Below are positions 1 to 12,221 of a DNA stretch of 49,569 bases, piece by piece. The stretch is from Candidatus Eiseniibacteriota bacterium. GTDB taxonomy: Bacteria > Eisenbacteria > RBG-16-71-46. Each line of letters begins with the position of its first letter. Within the stretch, counting starts at the first letter, position 1. The stretch covers positions 1 to 49,569 of the forward strand of contig JANMQY010000038.1 of assembly GCA_031370785.1 (NCBI GenBank), written 5' to 3'. Under the pieces are notes generated by a model. The model was not told the origin of the DNA. It searched no databases and was given only the letters and a program-made list of their open reading frames with translations. Position numbers and translations under genes: made by a program.

Positions 1-1
1 C

Positions 2-925
2 CGCTTCGGCGTAACCGTCGACCCGAACGGTGAGGCGATGCCGCTGGTGGGTTCCAAGGAAGGAATCGCCAAGCTGCTGTTCGCTCACCTGAATCCGGGC
101 GACACCGTCCTGATGTGCACCCCGTGCTATCCCGCATACCTTGGCGTCGCCGCGCTCACCCAGTCGCGGCTGGTCGAAGTGCCGCTCACCGCGAAGAACC
201 GATTCCTTCCCGATCTCTCGGGCGTGGCGCCCGAGGACGCGCGCAAGGCCAAGTTCATCTGCGTGAACTTCCCGAACAATCCGACCGGCGCGGTCGAGAC
301 CCCCGAGTTTTACACGGAACTGCTGCGCTTCGCGCGCGAGTACGACCTGTTCGTGATCTCGGATATCGCCTACTGCGACCTGTCGCTGGACCCCACCTAT
401 CGTGCGAAGTCGTTCCTCGAGTTCGATCGCGACCGGGAGCGAACGCTCGAGTTCCACTCGTTTTCCAAGTCCTACTCGATGCAGGGTTGGCGAATCGGGT
501 TCGTGGCAGGCAACCGCGACGCCATGGCAAATCTGCTGAAGATCAAATCGAACATGGATTTCGGGGTTTTCATGGCGATCCAGCGCGCGGCGCTGGCCGT
601 GCTCACCGGCCCGCAGGACTACTGCCGCCAGGTGTCCGAGATCTACCGCTCGCGGCGCGATACGTTCCTCGCGGCGGTCCGGCCGCTCGGTTATCCGGTC
701 GAAGCTCCGCGCGCGACGCTCTACGTGTGGCTGCCCATGCCGCGCCGCTACCGCACCTCGATGGAGTTCGCGCGCGACCTGCTCGACCAGACCGGCGTGG
801 TGGTGGCGCCGGGCACCGGGTTCGGTCAGGCCGGCGAGGGCTACGTGCGGGTCGCGCTGTGCGTTCCCGAGGCGCGGCTCGCCGAGGCGGGTGAGCGCAT
901 GGCGAAGGCGGGCTTCGGCTACTGA
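2..925 (+). CDS. PLP-dependent class I/II aminotransferase (LL-diaminopimelate aminotransferase-like), 5'-truncated by the window edge
   Basis: Motifs GSKEG, NFPNNPTG, DIAY and SFSKSYSMQGWRIG (PLP lysine). The frame is open from position 2 (RFGVTVDPNGEA). Confidence 0.85.
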   Translation, partial: RFGVTVDPNGEAMPLVGSKEGIAKLLFAHLNPGDTVLMCTPCYPAYLGVAALTQSRLVEVPLTAKNRFLPDLSGVAPEDARKAKFICVNFPNNPTGAVETPEFYTELLRFAREYDLFVISDIAYCDLSLDPTYRAKSFLEFDRDRERTLEFHSFSKSYSMQGWRIGFVAGNRDAMANLLKIKSNMDFGVFMAIQRAALAVLTGPQDYCRQVSEIYRSRRDTFLAAVRPLGYPVEAPRATLYVWLPMPRRYRTSMEFARDLLDQTGVVVAPGTGFGQAGEGYVRVALCVPEARLAEAGERMAKAGFGY

Positions 926-963
926 GCTGCGAACCGTTCCGCCCGCGCGGAAGGGGGCATCAT

Positions 964-2259
964 TCAGGCCGCCGGCGAAACCACGGACTCGATCGCCCAG
1001 TCCGCTTCGGTGAGCGCCCCCTTCGGAGCCGGCCCGAGCGCGGTGAGCGCGAATTTTTCCGGGCGCAGCATGCGCCGCGCGACGTCGATCACCTGGTCGC
1101 GAGTCACCTCCACGATGCGCGCGACCTGCTCATCCGGCCCCACGTAACGGCCGCGGTAGATCTCTTCCTGCGCCAGGTGCGACATGCGGTTCGAAACGCT
1201 TTCCTGGCCCATCACCACGTTGCCCTTGAGCTGGGAGCGGCCCATCTCGATCTCTTCCTCGGTGAGCCCCTCGACCCGGATCTTCTCCAGCTCCTGCCGC
1301 ACCAGAGCGAGCGCCTCGCGCCCGCGCTCCGGCGAGACGCCGAGCTGGATGCAGAGCATGCCGGCGTCGCGATGGAAGTCCGGCGCGGAGTAGACCGAGT
1401 AGGCGAGGCCCGCTTCCTCGCGAACGCTCTGGAACAGGCGCGAGCTCATTCCGCCGCCGAGCAGCGTGTTGAGCAGGACCAGCGGGTAGCGGTCCGCGTC
1501 GTTGTAGGCGACGCCACGCGTCCCCAGCGCGAGATAGAGCTGCTGCAGGTCGGCGCGAACGTGGTGCTGGACCGAGGGGCTGAACGAAAGCGGCGAGTCG
1601 GAAAGCGGCAGCACGTCGCCGGAGGGTGGCGCGCAGTGCTCCTCGGTGAGCTCGGCGATCGACTCGTGGTCGAGCGCTCCCGCCGCCGAAACCACCAGCT
1701 GCGAGGGATGGTAGCGACTCGAGAAATAGCGACGCAGCGCGCGCGGCGAGAGGCCGGTCACGGTCTCGGCGGTGCCGAGGATCGGACGGCCGAGCGCGTG
1801 TCCGCCCCATATCTGCGCGGCGAGCAGCTCGTTGACCTTGTCGTCCGGGTTGTCCTCGCACGAGAAGATCTCCTCGCGCACGACCGACTTCTCGCGCTCG
1901 ACCTCGGTGTCGGCGAATTGCGAATGGCACACCAGGTCGAACAGTACGTCCATCACCTGCGGGCGGTGCTCGGCCAGCGCGCGTGCGTAGTAACACACCT
2001 GCTCGCGTGCGGTGAAGGCGTCGAGGTGTCCGCCGAGGGACTCCAGGCTCTGCGCGATCGCGCGCGCGTTGCGGCGCTCGGTGCCCTTGAACATCATGTG
2101 CTCGATGAAGTGCGAGATGCCCAGCAGGTCGGCCGGCTCGTCGCGCGCGCCGTTGCGAACCCACACCCCGACCGCGATCGACCGCCGCTCGGGCATGGCT
2201 TCGCTCAACAGCGTGACGCCCGAGGGCAGCACGGACTTGCGGAACAGGTTATCGCTCAA
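964..2259 (-). CDS. M16 family zinc peptidase (pitrilysin/MPP-beta-like)
   Basis: Inverted zincin motif HFIEH, plus LGGGMSSRLFQSVRE. TTG start with GGAGG upstream. Typical position downstream of pnp. Confidence 0.92.
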   Translation of the reverse strand: MSDNLFRKSVLPSGVTLLSEAMPERRSIAVGVWVRNGARDEPADLLGISHFIEHMMFKGTERRNARAIAQSLESLGGHLDAFTAREQVCYYARALAEHRPQVMDVLFDLVCHSQFADTEVEREKSVVREEIFSCEDNPDDKVNELLAAQIWGGHALGRPILGTAETVTGLSPRALRRYFSSRYHPSQLVVSAAGALDHESIAELTEEHCAPPSGDVLPLSDSPLSFSPSVQHHVRADLQQLYLALGTRGVAYNDADRYPLVLLNTLLGGGMSSRLFQSVREEAGLAYSVYSAPDFHRDAGMLCIQLGVSPERGREALALVRQELEKIRVEGLTEEEIEMGRSQLKGNVVMGQESVSNRMSHLAQEEIYRGRYVGPDEQVARIVEVTRDQVIDVARRMLRPEKFALTALGPAPKGALTEADWAIESVVSPAA

Positions 2260-2273
2260 CGGACCTCCCGGGG

Positions 2274-2308
2274 AAAACGCCGAGTGGCAGGTCGCCCTGC
2301 CACTCGGC
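2274..2308 (-). terminator. Probable intrinsic terminator after pnp
   Basis: 12-bp stem GCCGAGTGGCAG/CTGCCACTCGGC (2279-2308), followed on the minus strand by GTTTT. Confidence 0.6.
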
Positions 2309-2343
2309 CCAGCACGAATGATTCCAGAAACAGAGGAACGTGA

Positions 2344-4536
2344 CTAGCGGCGCCGGCCGCGATCCCGATCTCCGCCACGGCCGCGATCTCCGCCGCGCTC
2401 GCGGTCCCGATCCCGGCCTCCGCCACTGCCCGCGGCGGCCGCCACGTAGCCCTCGGGCTCCGGTAGCAACGCCTTGCGCGACAGCTTGATCTTGCCGTCC
2501 CGGTCCACCCCGATGACCTTCACCATCACCATGTCGCCGACGTTGAGCACGTCCTCAGTGCGGGCCACCCGGTGGTAGTCGATCTCGGAGATGTGCAACA
2601 GGCCGTCCCGGCCGGGGACGATCTCCACGAAGGCGCCAAAAGCGACAACGCTGCGTACCTTGCCCTGGTACGTCTTGCCCACCTCCGGATCTTCGGTGAT
2701 GTTGCGGATCATCTCCTCGGCGCGCCGGCCGCCTTCGCCGTTGACCGCCGCAATCCGCACCTCGCCCGAGTCCTCGATGTCGATCTGCGTCCCAGTCTCC
2801 TCGGTGATGCGCTTGATGATCTTGCCCCCGGGACCGATGACTTCGCGGATCTTGTCGGGGTTGATGTGCATGATGATGATGCGCGGGGCGTACGGTGACA
2901 TCTCGGCGCGCGGAGCGGGGAGGGTCTGCTCCATGATCGCGAGAATGTGCATGCGGCCCTTCCGCGCCTTCTCGAGCGCGTTCATCATCACGTCGAACGA
3001 GATCCCGCCGATCTTGGTGTCCATCTGGAATGCGGTGACACCGTCACGCGTTCCGGTCACCTTGAAATCCATGTCGCCGAGGTGATCCTCGACGCCGAGG
3101 ATGTCGGCGAGCACTGCGACCTTCTCGCCTTCCTTGATCAGGCCCATCGCGATGCCCGCGACCGGCGCCTTGATCGGGCAGCCCGCGTCCATCAGGGCCA
3201 TCGAGCCGCCGCACACCGACGCCATCGAGGACGAACCGTTCGACTCGAGGATGTCGCTCACGATGCGAATGGTGTAGGGGAAGGTGGTGTCGGCCGGGAT
3301 GACCGGCTCGATCGCGCGCTCGGCCAGGGCGCCGTGCCCGATCTCGCGCCGGCCCGGGCCGCGGATGGGACGGGTCTCGCCCACCGAGAACGGCGGAAAG
3401 TTGTAGTGCAGCATGTAGGACTTCCACGACTGGCCTTCCAGCTCCTCGACGCGCTGCTCGTCGCTCTTGGTGCCGAGCGTGGCCACGACCATCGCCTGGG
3501 TCTCTCCGCGCGTGAACAGGCACGAGCCGTGCGTGCGCGGCAGGACGCCGACCTCGATCGTGATCTTGCGGATGTCGTCGAGCCCACGGCCGTCGGCGCG
3601 CACTCCTTCGTCGAGCACCATCAGGCGAAGCTGCTCGCGCTCGATGTCGTGGAGGATCTTGCCGATGAAGCTCGCCTGCTCGGCGTACTTCTCGGACAGC
3701 GCCGCGGTGGCCTCGCTGGTGATGATGTCCAGCTCCTCCTGGCGCGCGTCCTTGCCCGGAATGCGGATGGCCTGGCGGATGCGGCCGGTATGGCCGGCGA
3801 CCAGCTCGTTGCGCAGCGCGGAGGTATCGATCCCCTCGAGCAGCGGACGCTTGGGCTTGCTGCGACCCCGCATCAGGTCGTGCTGGACCGCGACGATCCG
3901 GCGGATGTGCCCCATCGCGAACTCGAGCGCCCGGATCAGGTCGGCTTCGGGAACCTCGCGGCTGCCGCCCTCGACCATGATGATGTTGTCGGCGGTACCG
4001 GCCACGATGACGTCCATGTCGCTCTCGTCGAGCTGGGTGAACGTCGGATTGACGATGAGTTGTCCGTCCACGCGGCCGACTCGCACCGCGGCAACCGGCT
4101 CGGGAAACGGAATGTCGGAGAGGTTGATCGCCGCGGATGCGCCGATCAGCGCGAGCACGTCCGCGTCGTTCTCCTGATCCGACGACATGACGGTCGCCAT
4201 GATCTGCGTTTCATACGGGAATTGCTTGGAAAACAGCGGCCGGATCGGGCGATCGATCTGCCTCGAGCTCAGCGTTTCCTTCTCGGTCGGGCGCCCTTCG
4301 CGCTTGAAGAATCCACCGGGGATCTTGCCCGCGGCATAGGTGCGCTCGCGGTAGTCCACCGTGAGGGGGACGAAATCCAGGTTGGGCTTCGCGACCTTCG
4401 ACGCGCTCGCCGCAACCAGCACGACCGTGCCACCGAGCTGCACCACGGCGGAACCACCGGCGAGCTTGGCCATCTTGCCCGTGCTGATCGTGAGTTCCTG
4501 GTCCCCCAGCTGTACGGATACCTTGTGCTCTGCCAT
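2344..4536 (-). CDS. pnp: Polyribonucleotide nucleotidyltransferase (PNPase)
   Basis: GKIPGGFFKREGRP, RREIGHGALAE, ESNGSSSMAS, DHLGDMDFKV; KH and S1 domains. Confidence 0.98.
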   Translation of the reverse strand: MAEHKVSVQLGDQELTISTGKMAKLAGGSAVVQLGGTVVLVAASASKVAKPNLDFVPLTVDYRERTYAAGKIPGGFFKREGRPTEKETLSSRQIDRPIRPLFSKQFPYETQIMATVMSSDQENDADVLALIGASAAINLSDIPFPEPVAAVRVGRVDGQLIVNPTFTQLDESDMDVIVAGTADNIIMVEGGSREVPEADLIRALEFAMGHIRRIVAVQHDLMRGRSKPKRPLLEGIDTSALRNELVAGHTGRIRQAIRIPGKDARQEELDIITSEATAALSEKYAEQASFIGKILHDIEREQLRLMVLDEGVRADGRGLDDIRKITIEVGVLPRTHGSCLFTRGETQAMVVATLGTKSDEQRVEELEGQSWKSYMLHYNFPPFSVGETRPIRGPGRREIGHGALAERAIEPVIPADTTFPYTIRIVSDILESNGSSSMASVCGGSMALMDAGCPIKAPVAGIAMGLIKEGEKVAVLADILGVEDHLGDMDFKVTGTRDGVTAFQMDTKIGGISFDVMMNALEKARKGRMHILAIMEQTLPAPRAEMSPYAPRIIIMHINPDKIREVIGPGGKIIKRITEETGTQIDIEDSGEVRIAAVNGEGGRRAEEMIRNITEDPEVGKTYQGKVRSVVAFGAFVEIVPGRDGLLHISEIDYHRVARTEDVLNVGDMVMVKVIGVDRDGKIKLSRKALLPEPEGYVAAAAGSGGGRDRDRERGGDRGRGGDRDRGRRR

Positions 4537-4695
4537 CAGAATCGTCCTGTCCTCTCGCCTCGAGCTCCGGCACGCGCCGCAGCAATCATCCAGCGCCCGT
4601 CCGGAGGAGCGAAATCGCCGGCGGCGCGCGCAGAGGAATCATCCTCCGCAGGGGCACGCGGCGCCGACGTTCGGCGCCGTCCCTTCCCGGTGCGT

Positions 4696-4965
4696 CTAAC
4701 GACGCAGACCGAGTTCCTTGACCACCTTGCGATAGCGGTCGACCTTGGTTGCCTTGAGGTAGTCCAGCAGGCGGCGGCGCTGACCGACCATGCGCAGCAG
4801 ACCACGCCGGGAGGCGTGATCCCGCTTGTGCACCTTGAAGTGCTCAGTGAGGTAATGAATCTTCTCAGTGAGCAGTGCGATCTGGACTTCGGGCGAACCG
4901 GAATCGCCTTCGTGAATCTTGAACTTCCCGATGATCCCCTGCTTCTGCTCCTTGGAGAGCGTCAC
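4696..4965 (-). CDS. rpsO: 30S ribosomal protein S15
   Basis: [13 protein letters not shown] and [21 protein letters not shown] at 4965 follows the SD GGAGGTGA and gives 89 aa. Confidence 0.97.
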   Translation of the reverse strand: MTLSKEQKQGIIGKFKIHEGDSGSPEVQIALLTEKIHYLTEHFKVHKRDHASRRGLLRMVGQRRRLLDYLKATKVDRYRKVVKELGLRR

Positions 4966-5075
4966 AGTGGTCACCTCCTGCATGGTTCGTGTGGGAATCA
5001 AGGCCCCGCCATCGGGTGCAAGCTCCCGGGTGGCAGCGCTGTGACACAGCATGGTGAACCGATGTTCAGTGCGAC
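4966..5075 (-). promoter_or_regulatory. Structured rpsO 5' leader, candidate S15 autoregulatory element
   Basis: GGTTC...GAACC closing stem encloses two hairpins (GCTGT/ACAGC; GCCA-CGGG/CCCG-TGGC) and ends next to the SD. Confidence 0.5.
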
Positions 5076-5080
5076 GGGCG

Positions 5081-5109
5081 AATGTAGCATCCCGCACGCG
5101 CGCTGGCAA
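5081..5109 (-). promoter_or_regulatory. sigma70 promoter for rpsO-pnp
   Basis: TTGCCA-N17-TACATT with an extended TGn. Confidence 0.65.
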
Positions 5110-5166
5110 AGTCGATCTGGCCCGCGGCCGCACGGGTCCAGGCCGGGGCGTCGGAGCTGGCCGAGC

Positions 5167-6066
5167 TCACGCCGGGGCGGCCAGCCGCTTCCGAGTCTCA
5201 TCCACATCGCGCGCGATCGCCGCGCGCAGCGCTTCCGGGCCCTCGAAGCGCAGCTCGGGGCGCAGCCAGTCCACCAGCTCGAGCTCCAGGCTGCGCCCGA
5301 CCAGCTCTCCCCTCCAGTCCAGCAGAAAGGCCTCGATGGTCGGCACCTGGCCGCCGTAGGTGGGCCTCACCCCGATCGAGATCGCGGCGGCATGATTTCC
5401 GGTCTCGCCCTCGATCCGCGCCCAGCCGGCGTAGATGCCGAATCCGGGCAGGAATTTCTCCTCGTGCAGTCGCAGGTTCGCGGTTGGGAAGCCCAGGGTG
5501 CGTCCGATCGCCTCTCCGCGCACCACGGTTCCGGCCAGGGTGTAGCGCCTGCCCAGCATGCGCTCCGCAGCCCGGACCTCCCCCCTGCTCAGCGACTCGC
5601 GGATCCGCGTGCTGCTGATCGGAGCCCCGTCGAGCACGCGAAGCGGAACGGCCACGACCTCGAACCCGCACGTGGCGCCAAGCCTGCGCAGGTAGGACAC
5701 GTCGCCCGCACGGCGATGACCCAGCGCGAAGTTCTCCCCGACCACGAGCGCGGTCGGATGGTGGCGCTCGACCAGGTAGCGCTCGACGAAGCTCTCGGGC
5801 GAGAGTGCCGAGAGCTCGCGGGTGAACGGCAGGACATCGAACTCATCCACTCCGAGCCCCGCCATGCGCCGGCGCTTCTCGGCGAGCGGCGTGAGCGGCG
5901 CGACCGTCGAGAACGACTTGGCCAGCACCACGTCCGGATGTGGATCGAAACTCACCACCACGCAATTCCCCCCCGCCGCGTGGGCGCGAACGAGCGCCGC
6001 GTGAAGGATGTCGGTGTGGCCCAGGTGCAGTCCGTCGAACACGCCGATCGCGACTGCCTGGCTCAT
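5167..6066 (-). CDS. ribF: Bifunctional riboflavin kinase/FAD synthetase
   Basis: GVFDGLHLGH, ISSTRIR, GRTLGFPTAN. Start taken at MSQAV. Confidence 0.95.
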   Translation of the reverse strand: MSQAVAIGVFDGLHLGHTDILHAALVRAHAAGGNCVVVSFDPHPDVVLAKSFSTVAPLTPLAEKRRRMAGLGVDEFDVLPFTRELSALSPESFVERYLVERHHPTALVVGENFALGHRRAGDVSYLRRLGATCGFEVVAVPLRVLDGAPISSTRIRESLSRGEVRAAERMLGRRYTLAGTVVRGEAIGRTLGFPTANLRLHEEKFLPGFGIYAGWARIEGETGNHAAAISIGVRPTYGGQVPTIEAFLLDWRGELVGRSLELELVDWLRPELRFEGPEALRAAIARDVDETRKRLAAPA

Positions 6067-6082
6067 CGGCGCGACCGCGCGC

Positions 6083-7087
6083 TCACGCGCCCTCCTCGCG
6101 CCCATCGCGCACCGCCCACGGCATGAGGACATGCGGGCAAACGCGCACGCGGGCCGCATCCGCGGGGTCGGGCGTCAGCTCACCCAGCCCGAGCGCACCT
6201 CCGCCTTCGCCGCGCAACACCACCGAGCGAGGCCCGCCATCCACCGGACCGGTGGCGATGCGCTCCCGCGCGATCGAGGGCCGGCGCCCGAAGCCCAGAT
6301 CGCGCGACTCGGCGGCATCCAGCACGACCGAGGGCAGGTGCGCGAGCGCATCATCGATCGGATAGCCGCCCGCGGCCCATGCCGCATCGGGAGATTCGCG
6401 GGAGAGTGCGCGTAGCGTGACCGCGCGTTCGATCCCGAATGGCTCGCTGCGCAGCCGCCGCAGGCTCTCGAGGCTCGCACCCGAGCCGAGCATGCCCCCA
6501 AGATCGTGGGCGAGCGTGCGTACGTAGGTACCGCCGCTGCAGCGCACGCGGAAGGTGGCCAGCGGCATCGCGAACTCGAGCCACTCCCATTCCAGCACCG
6601 TGACCCGGCGTGGCTGGCGCTCCACCGTGATGCCGCGGCGCGCGAGCCGGTACAGTCGCTCGCCCCCGACCTTGAGCGCGGAAACCATCGGCGGCACCTG
6701 TTCGATGGCGCCGACCATGCCGAGCGCCGCCTCGCGCACCGCCGCCTCATCGAAGGTCACGGCGCGCCGCTCCAGCACTTCGCCCTCAGCGTCCTGCGTG
6801 GACGTGGTGACGCCGAAGCGCAGCGTGGCCTGGTAGGTCTTCTCGCCGCCCTGCCACACCGGGATCATGCGCGTGGCCGGGCCGGTCGCGATCAGCAGCA
6901 GCCCGCTCGCCCCGGGATCGAGCGTGCCCAGGTGCCCCGCGCTCGTCACGCGCAGGCGGCGGCGCACCTCATCCACCACGTCGTGCGAAGTGACGCCGAT
7001 CGGCTTGTCCACCGCCAGCAGCCCGCACGCCCACGGCGGCGCGGCCTCGGCATCCGCTCCGGATGCGCGCGGGACGGCGGCATTCAC
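6083..7087 (-). CDS. truB: tRNA pseudouridine(55) synthase
   Basis: DKPIGVTSHDVV, GHLGTLDP, CSGGTYVRTL. Confidence 0.95.
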   Translation of the reverse strand: MNAAVPRASGADAEAAPPWACGLLAVDKPIGVTSHDVVDEVRRRLRVTSAGHLGTLDPGASGLLLIATGPATRMIPVWQGGEKTYQATLRFGVTTSTQDAEGEVLERRAVTFDEAAVREAALGMVGAIEQVPPMVSALKVGGERLYRLARRGITVERQPRRVTVLEWEWLEFAMPLATFRVRCSGGTYVRTLAHDLGGMLGSGASLESLRRLRSEPFGIERAVTLRALSRESPDAAWAAGGYPIDDALAHLPSVVLDAAESRDLGFGRRPSIARERIATGPVDGGPRSVVLRGEGGGALGLGELTPDPADAARVRVCPHVLMPWAVRDGREEGA

Positions 7088-7464
7088 CGCGGCTCGTCCT
7101 CCGGGTCCTCGATGGGCGCGCCCTCGTGCAGGCGGCGCAGGATCTCGTCCACCCGCGCCCCGCGTTCGATCGAGGTGTCGATCGCGAAGCGCAGGTCCGG
7201 GACCTCGCGAAGGCCGAGCCTCGGCCCCAGCTCGCGGCGGACGAACCCTGCCGCGCTCTGCAGTGCGCGCATCGCGGTTTCGCGCTCGAGTCCGTCGGCA
7301 AGCATGCTCACGAACACGCGCGCCATCGACAGGTCGTGCGTCACCTGCACGTCGGTGACGCTGACCATGCTGCTCGAGAGCCGCGGGTCGCGCAGCCGGT
7401 TCTGGAGGATCTCAGCGATCTCGCGACGCATCAGGTGCGCCACGCGCTCGGGACGGATCTTCAT
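7084..7464 (-). CDS. rbfA: Ribosome-binding factor A
   Basis: RPERVAHLMRREIAEIL, DPRL, VPDLRFAIDTSIERG. ATGA overlap with the upstream gene. Confidence 0.95.
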   Translation of the reverse strand: MKIRPERVAHLMRREIAEILQNRLRDPRLSSSMVSVTDVQVTHDLSMARVFVSMLADGLERETAMRALQSAAGFVRRELGPRLGLREVPDLRFAIDTSIERGARVDEILRRLHEGAPIEDPEDEPR

Positions 7465-7742
7465 AGGAGTTGCTCCTGCCAGTCGAGCAGCTCGGCGCCG
7501 GGCGCCGACTCGACCAGGTTGCGGACCGATTGCAGCAGCTCGCCCACCTGAGCGCTCTCGCCCGAAACCACGGCGACCCCGAGCGCGGCGCGCTGCCACA
7601 GGTCCTGATGATCCACTTCCGCGACCGAGGCCTGAATCCGGGCGCGGATGCGCTCCTTGAGGCCGCGCACCACGGAGCGCTTGTCCTTGAGCGAGCGGGA
7701 GGCCGGAAGATGCAGCTCGATGCGCACCACGCCTACGAACAT
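7461..7742 (-). CDS. ylxP: DUF503 / YlxP family protein
   Basis: SLKDKRSVV and SVAEVDHQDLWQRA; canonical position between infB and rbfA. Confidence 0.9.
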   Translation of the reverse strand: MFVGVVRIELHLPASRSLKDKRSVVRGLKERIRARIQASVAEVDHQDLWQRAALGVAVVSGESAQVGELLQSVRNLVESAPGAELLDWQEQLL

Positions 7743-7800
7743 GAGGACCGTCGATCGCTGATGGCGCGGCGCCCGAGCTGGGAGGGCGCCGGCCGGCCGA

Positions 7801-10112
<2,312 letters not shown>

Positions 10113-10116
<4 letters not shown>

Positions 10117-11534
10117 TTGGGTTCTCCGTCATTCGTCACTGGGACCGCGTCGGACGCGTCGGACGCCGTCGGTTCGACCGGGGCGGCGGGTTCGGCCGGC
10201 GCGGCGGGTTCTGCCGCTTCCGGCGGGGCCGCGCCGTCTTCCGGCGTGAACTCGAGCTCGGCCGCCGGGGCCGCCTCGGGTTCGACCGGCGGATGCGCCG
10301 CCAGGTACTCGTGGGCGGTCGAGAGGATCTTTTCGGCGGTCTTCTCTCCGATGCCCGGAATCTCCACCAGCTTCTCGAGCGGTGTGGCGATCAGCTCCTG
10401 CACGGTTTCGATGCCGGCGGAGATCAGCTTCTCGGTCGTCGCCTCGCCCAGCTCCAGCTTCTCCACCTCGACGCGGCTGGCGCGCTCGAGGTCCTGACGC
10501 TTCTTCTCCTCGCTCTTCGAGATCAGATCGATCTTCCAGCCGGTGAGCCGCGCGGCGAGGCGTGCGTTCTGGCCACCCTTGCCGATGGCCAGCGAAAGCT
10601 GGTCGTCGGCCACCACCACCACCATGCGCTTCTCCGGCTCGTGCACGCGCACGTCCATCACCCGCGCGGGAGACAGCGCGCGCGAGACGAACACCGTCGG
10701 GTCCTGCGACCACGGCACGATGTCGATGCGCTCGCCGCCCAGCTCGCGCACGATGCTCTGCACCCGCGAGCCCTTGAGACCCACGCACGATCCGACCGCG
10801 TCCACTCGCGGGTCGGTCGAGTAGACCGAGATCTTGGAGCGCGCGCCGGCTTCGCGCGAAACCGCCTTGATCTCGACGATGCCCTCGGCGATCTCCGGCA
10901 CTTCGCTCTCGAACAGGCGGCGCAGGAAGTCGGGATGGGTGCGCGACAGGATGACCTGCGGACCCTTGGCCGACTTGTCCACGTTGATCACCACCGCGCG
11001 CACGTAGTCGCCCTGGCGGTGGTAGGAGCGCGGGATCTGCTCGCGGGCCGGCAGGAAACCCTCGGAATGGTCCAGCTTCACGATCACGTTGCCGCGGTCG
11101 ACCTGCTGGACCACGCCGCGCACCAGCACTCCGATCTTGTCGGAGTACTCCTTGAACACCCGGTCGCGCTCCGCCTCGCGCACGCGCTGGATCAGCACCT
11201 GCTTGGCGGTCTGGATGGCGTTGCGCCCGAACTCGGCGATCGACAGCGGGAACACCAGCACTTCGCCGACCTGCGCGTCGCCCTTGGTGCGCCGCGCCTC
11301 GAGTGGACTCAGCTGCAGCGCCGGATCCTCGACGGTCTCGACCACGGTCTTGCGCAGAGCAACGGTGATCGCTCCGGTCTCGTTCGAGAACCGGACCTCG
11401 ACATCCGCGGTCGCGCCGTGTTTCTTTCGGACCGCGCTCGCCAGCCCCGCCTCGAGCGTCTCGATGAGCAGGGCACGATCCACGCTTTTTTCGCGCGTGA
11501 TCTGGCTCAGCGCGTCCAGAATTTCGTTGTTCAT
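10113..11534 (-). CDS. nusA: Transcription termination/antitermination factor NusA
   Basis: [13 protein letters not shown]1 and KH domains, [14 protein letters not shown], HhH, acidic Pro/Ala tail. Start at MNNEIL after GGAGG. Confidence 0.97.
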
Positions 11535-11535
11535 C

Positions 11536-12036
11536 TCAGTCCTCCCCGCGAGCGCCTGCCGCCTTCTTGCGCCGGCTCGCCCACGGATCGACGACCAGGC
11601 GAGCGGACTTGACCTCGTCCCACTCGAACCAGTGCTCGTTTCCGTCTTCGGTGCGCACCCCGACCCGGTTTTCCTGGGGTCCGAGCAGCTCACCTTCGTA
11701 GTTTCTTCGATTGTCGCGCAGCTCGTGCAGCGACACCGCCACCTTCTGGCCGCTGAAGCGGGTGGCCGCTTCCAGCGTCCGGATCGGACGGTCGAGCCCC
11801 GGCGAGCTCACCTCGAGGTGATAGCTCCAGGGCACGGTCTGGTTCATGTCGAGACAATCCGCCAGACGCCGGCTGAACAATGCGCAGTCCCCGACCGTGA
11901 CGCCGCCCGGCTTGTCGAGCAGCACGCGGATGGCACGGTGCCGGCCCTGGACGGCAAATTCGACGTCCACGACTTCATAGCCCGATTCCTCGGCAAGAGG
12001 CAGGGCCAGCAGCCGAACTTCTTCTCGGACTTCCAA
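11536..12036 (-). CDS. rimP: Ribosome maturation factor RimP
   Basis: GGVTVGDC and YHLEVSSPGLDRP. Probable TTG start at 12036. Confidence 0.92.
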   Translation of the reverse strand: MEVREEVRLLALPLAEESGYEVVDVEFAVQGRHRAIRVLLDKPGGVTVGDCALFSRRLADCLDMNQTVPWSYHLEVSSPGLDRPIRTLEAATRFSGQKVAVSLHELRDNRRNYEGELLGPQENRVGVRTEDGNEHWFEWDEVKSARLVVDPWASRRKKAAGARGED

Positions 12037-12053
12037 TTTAGCTCCGGGCGGGG

Positions 12054-12088
12054 ACAAAAAACGGAGTGGTCGCGCCAGCCCCACTCCT
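12054..12088 (-). promoter_or_regulatory. rimP leader attenuator hairpin
   Basis: GGAGTGG-N11-CCACTCC followed by GTTTTTT, matching the widespread rimP-leader terminator pattern upstream of rimP-nusA-infB. Confidence 0.75.
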
Positions 12089-12095
12089 GTGCGGC

Positions 12096-12124
12096 ACATT
12101 ACATAAGGTATGAGACGGGGTCAA
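12096..12124 (-). promoter_or_regulatory. sigma70 promoter of the rimP-nusA-infB operon
   Basis: TTGACC-N17-TAATGT immediately upstream of the leader hairpin. Confidence 0.65.
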
Positions 12125-12221
12125 GCGCAAGCGCAGTCCCCATCCCCTTCCCGAGAGCGCGGAACGGGCGGTTGCAACGGCTTCGGCCAGCGACCGGGCG
12201 CGGTCATGAGGACCCCGCGGA

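Noticed and set aside
2947..6126. 1059-aa plus-strand ORF, and similar long ORFs at 8230-10497, 14939-17566 and 39615-41372
   Set aside because: Antisense shadows of well-identified genes, expected from high-GC codon bias. They contain no recognisable motifs.
10130..10290. Short repeats at the nusA 3' end
   Set aside because: They encode an ordinary Pro/Ala/Glu low-complexity tail (EPAAP repeats), not a CRISPR or DNA repeat element.
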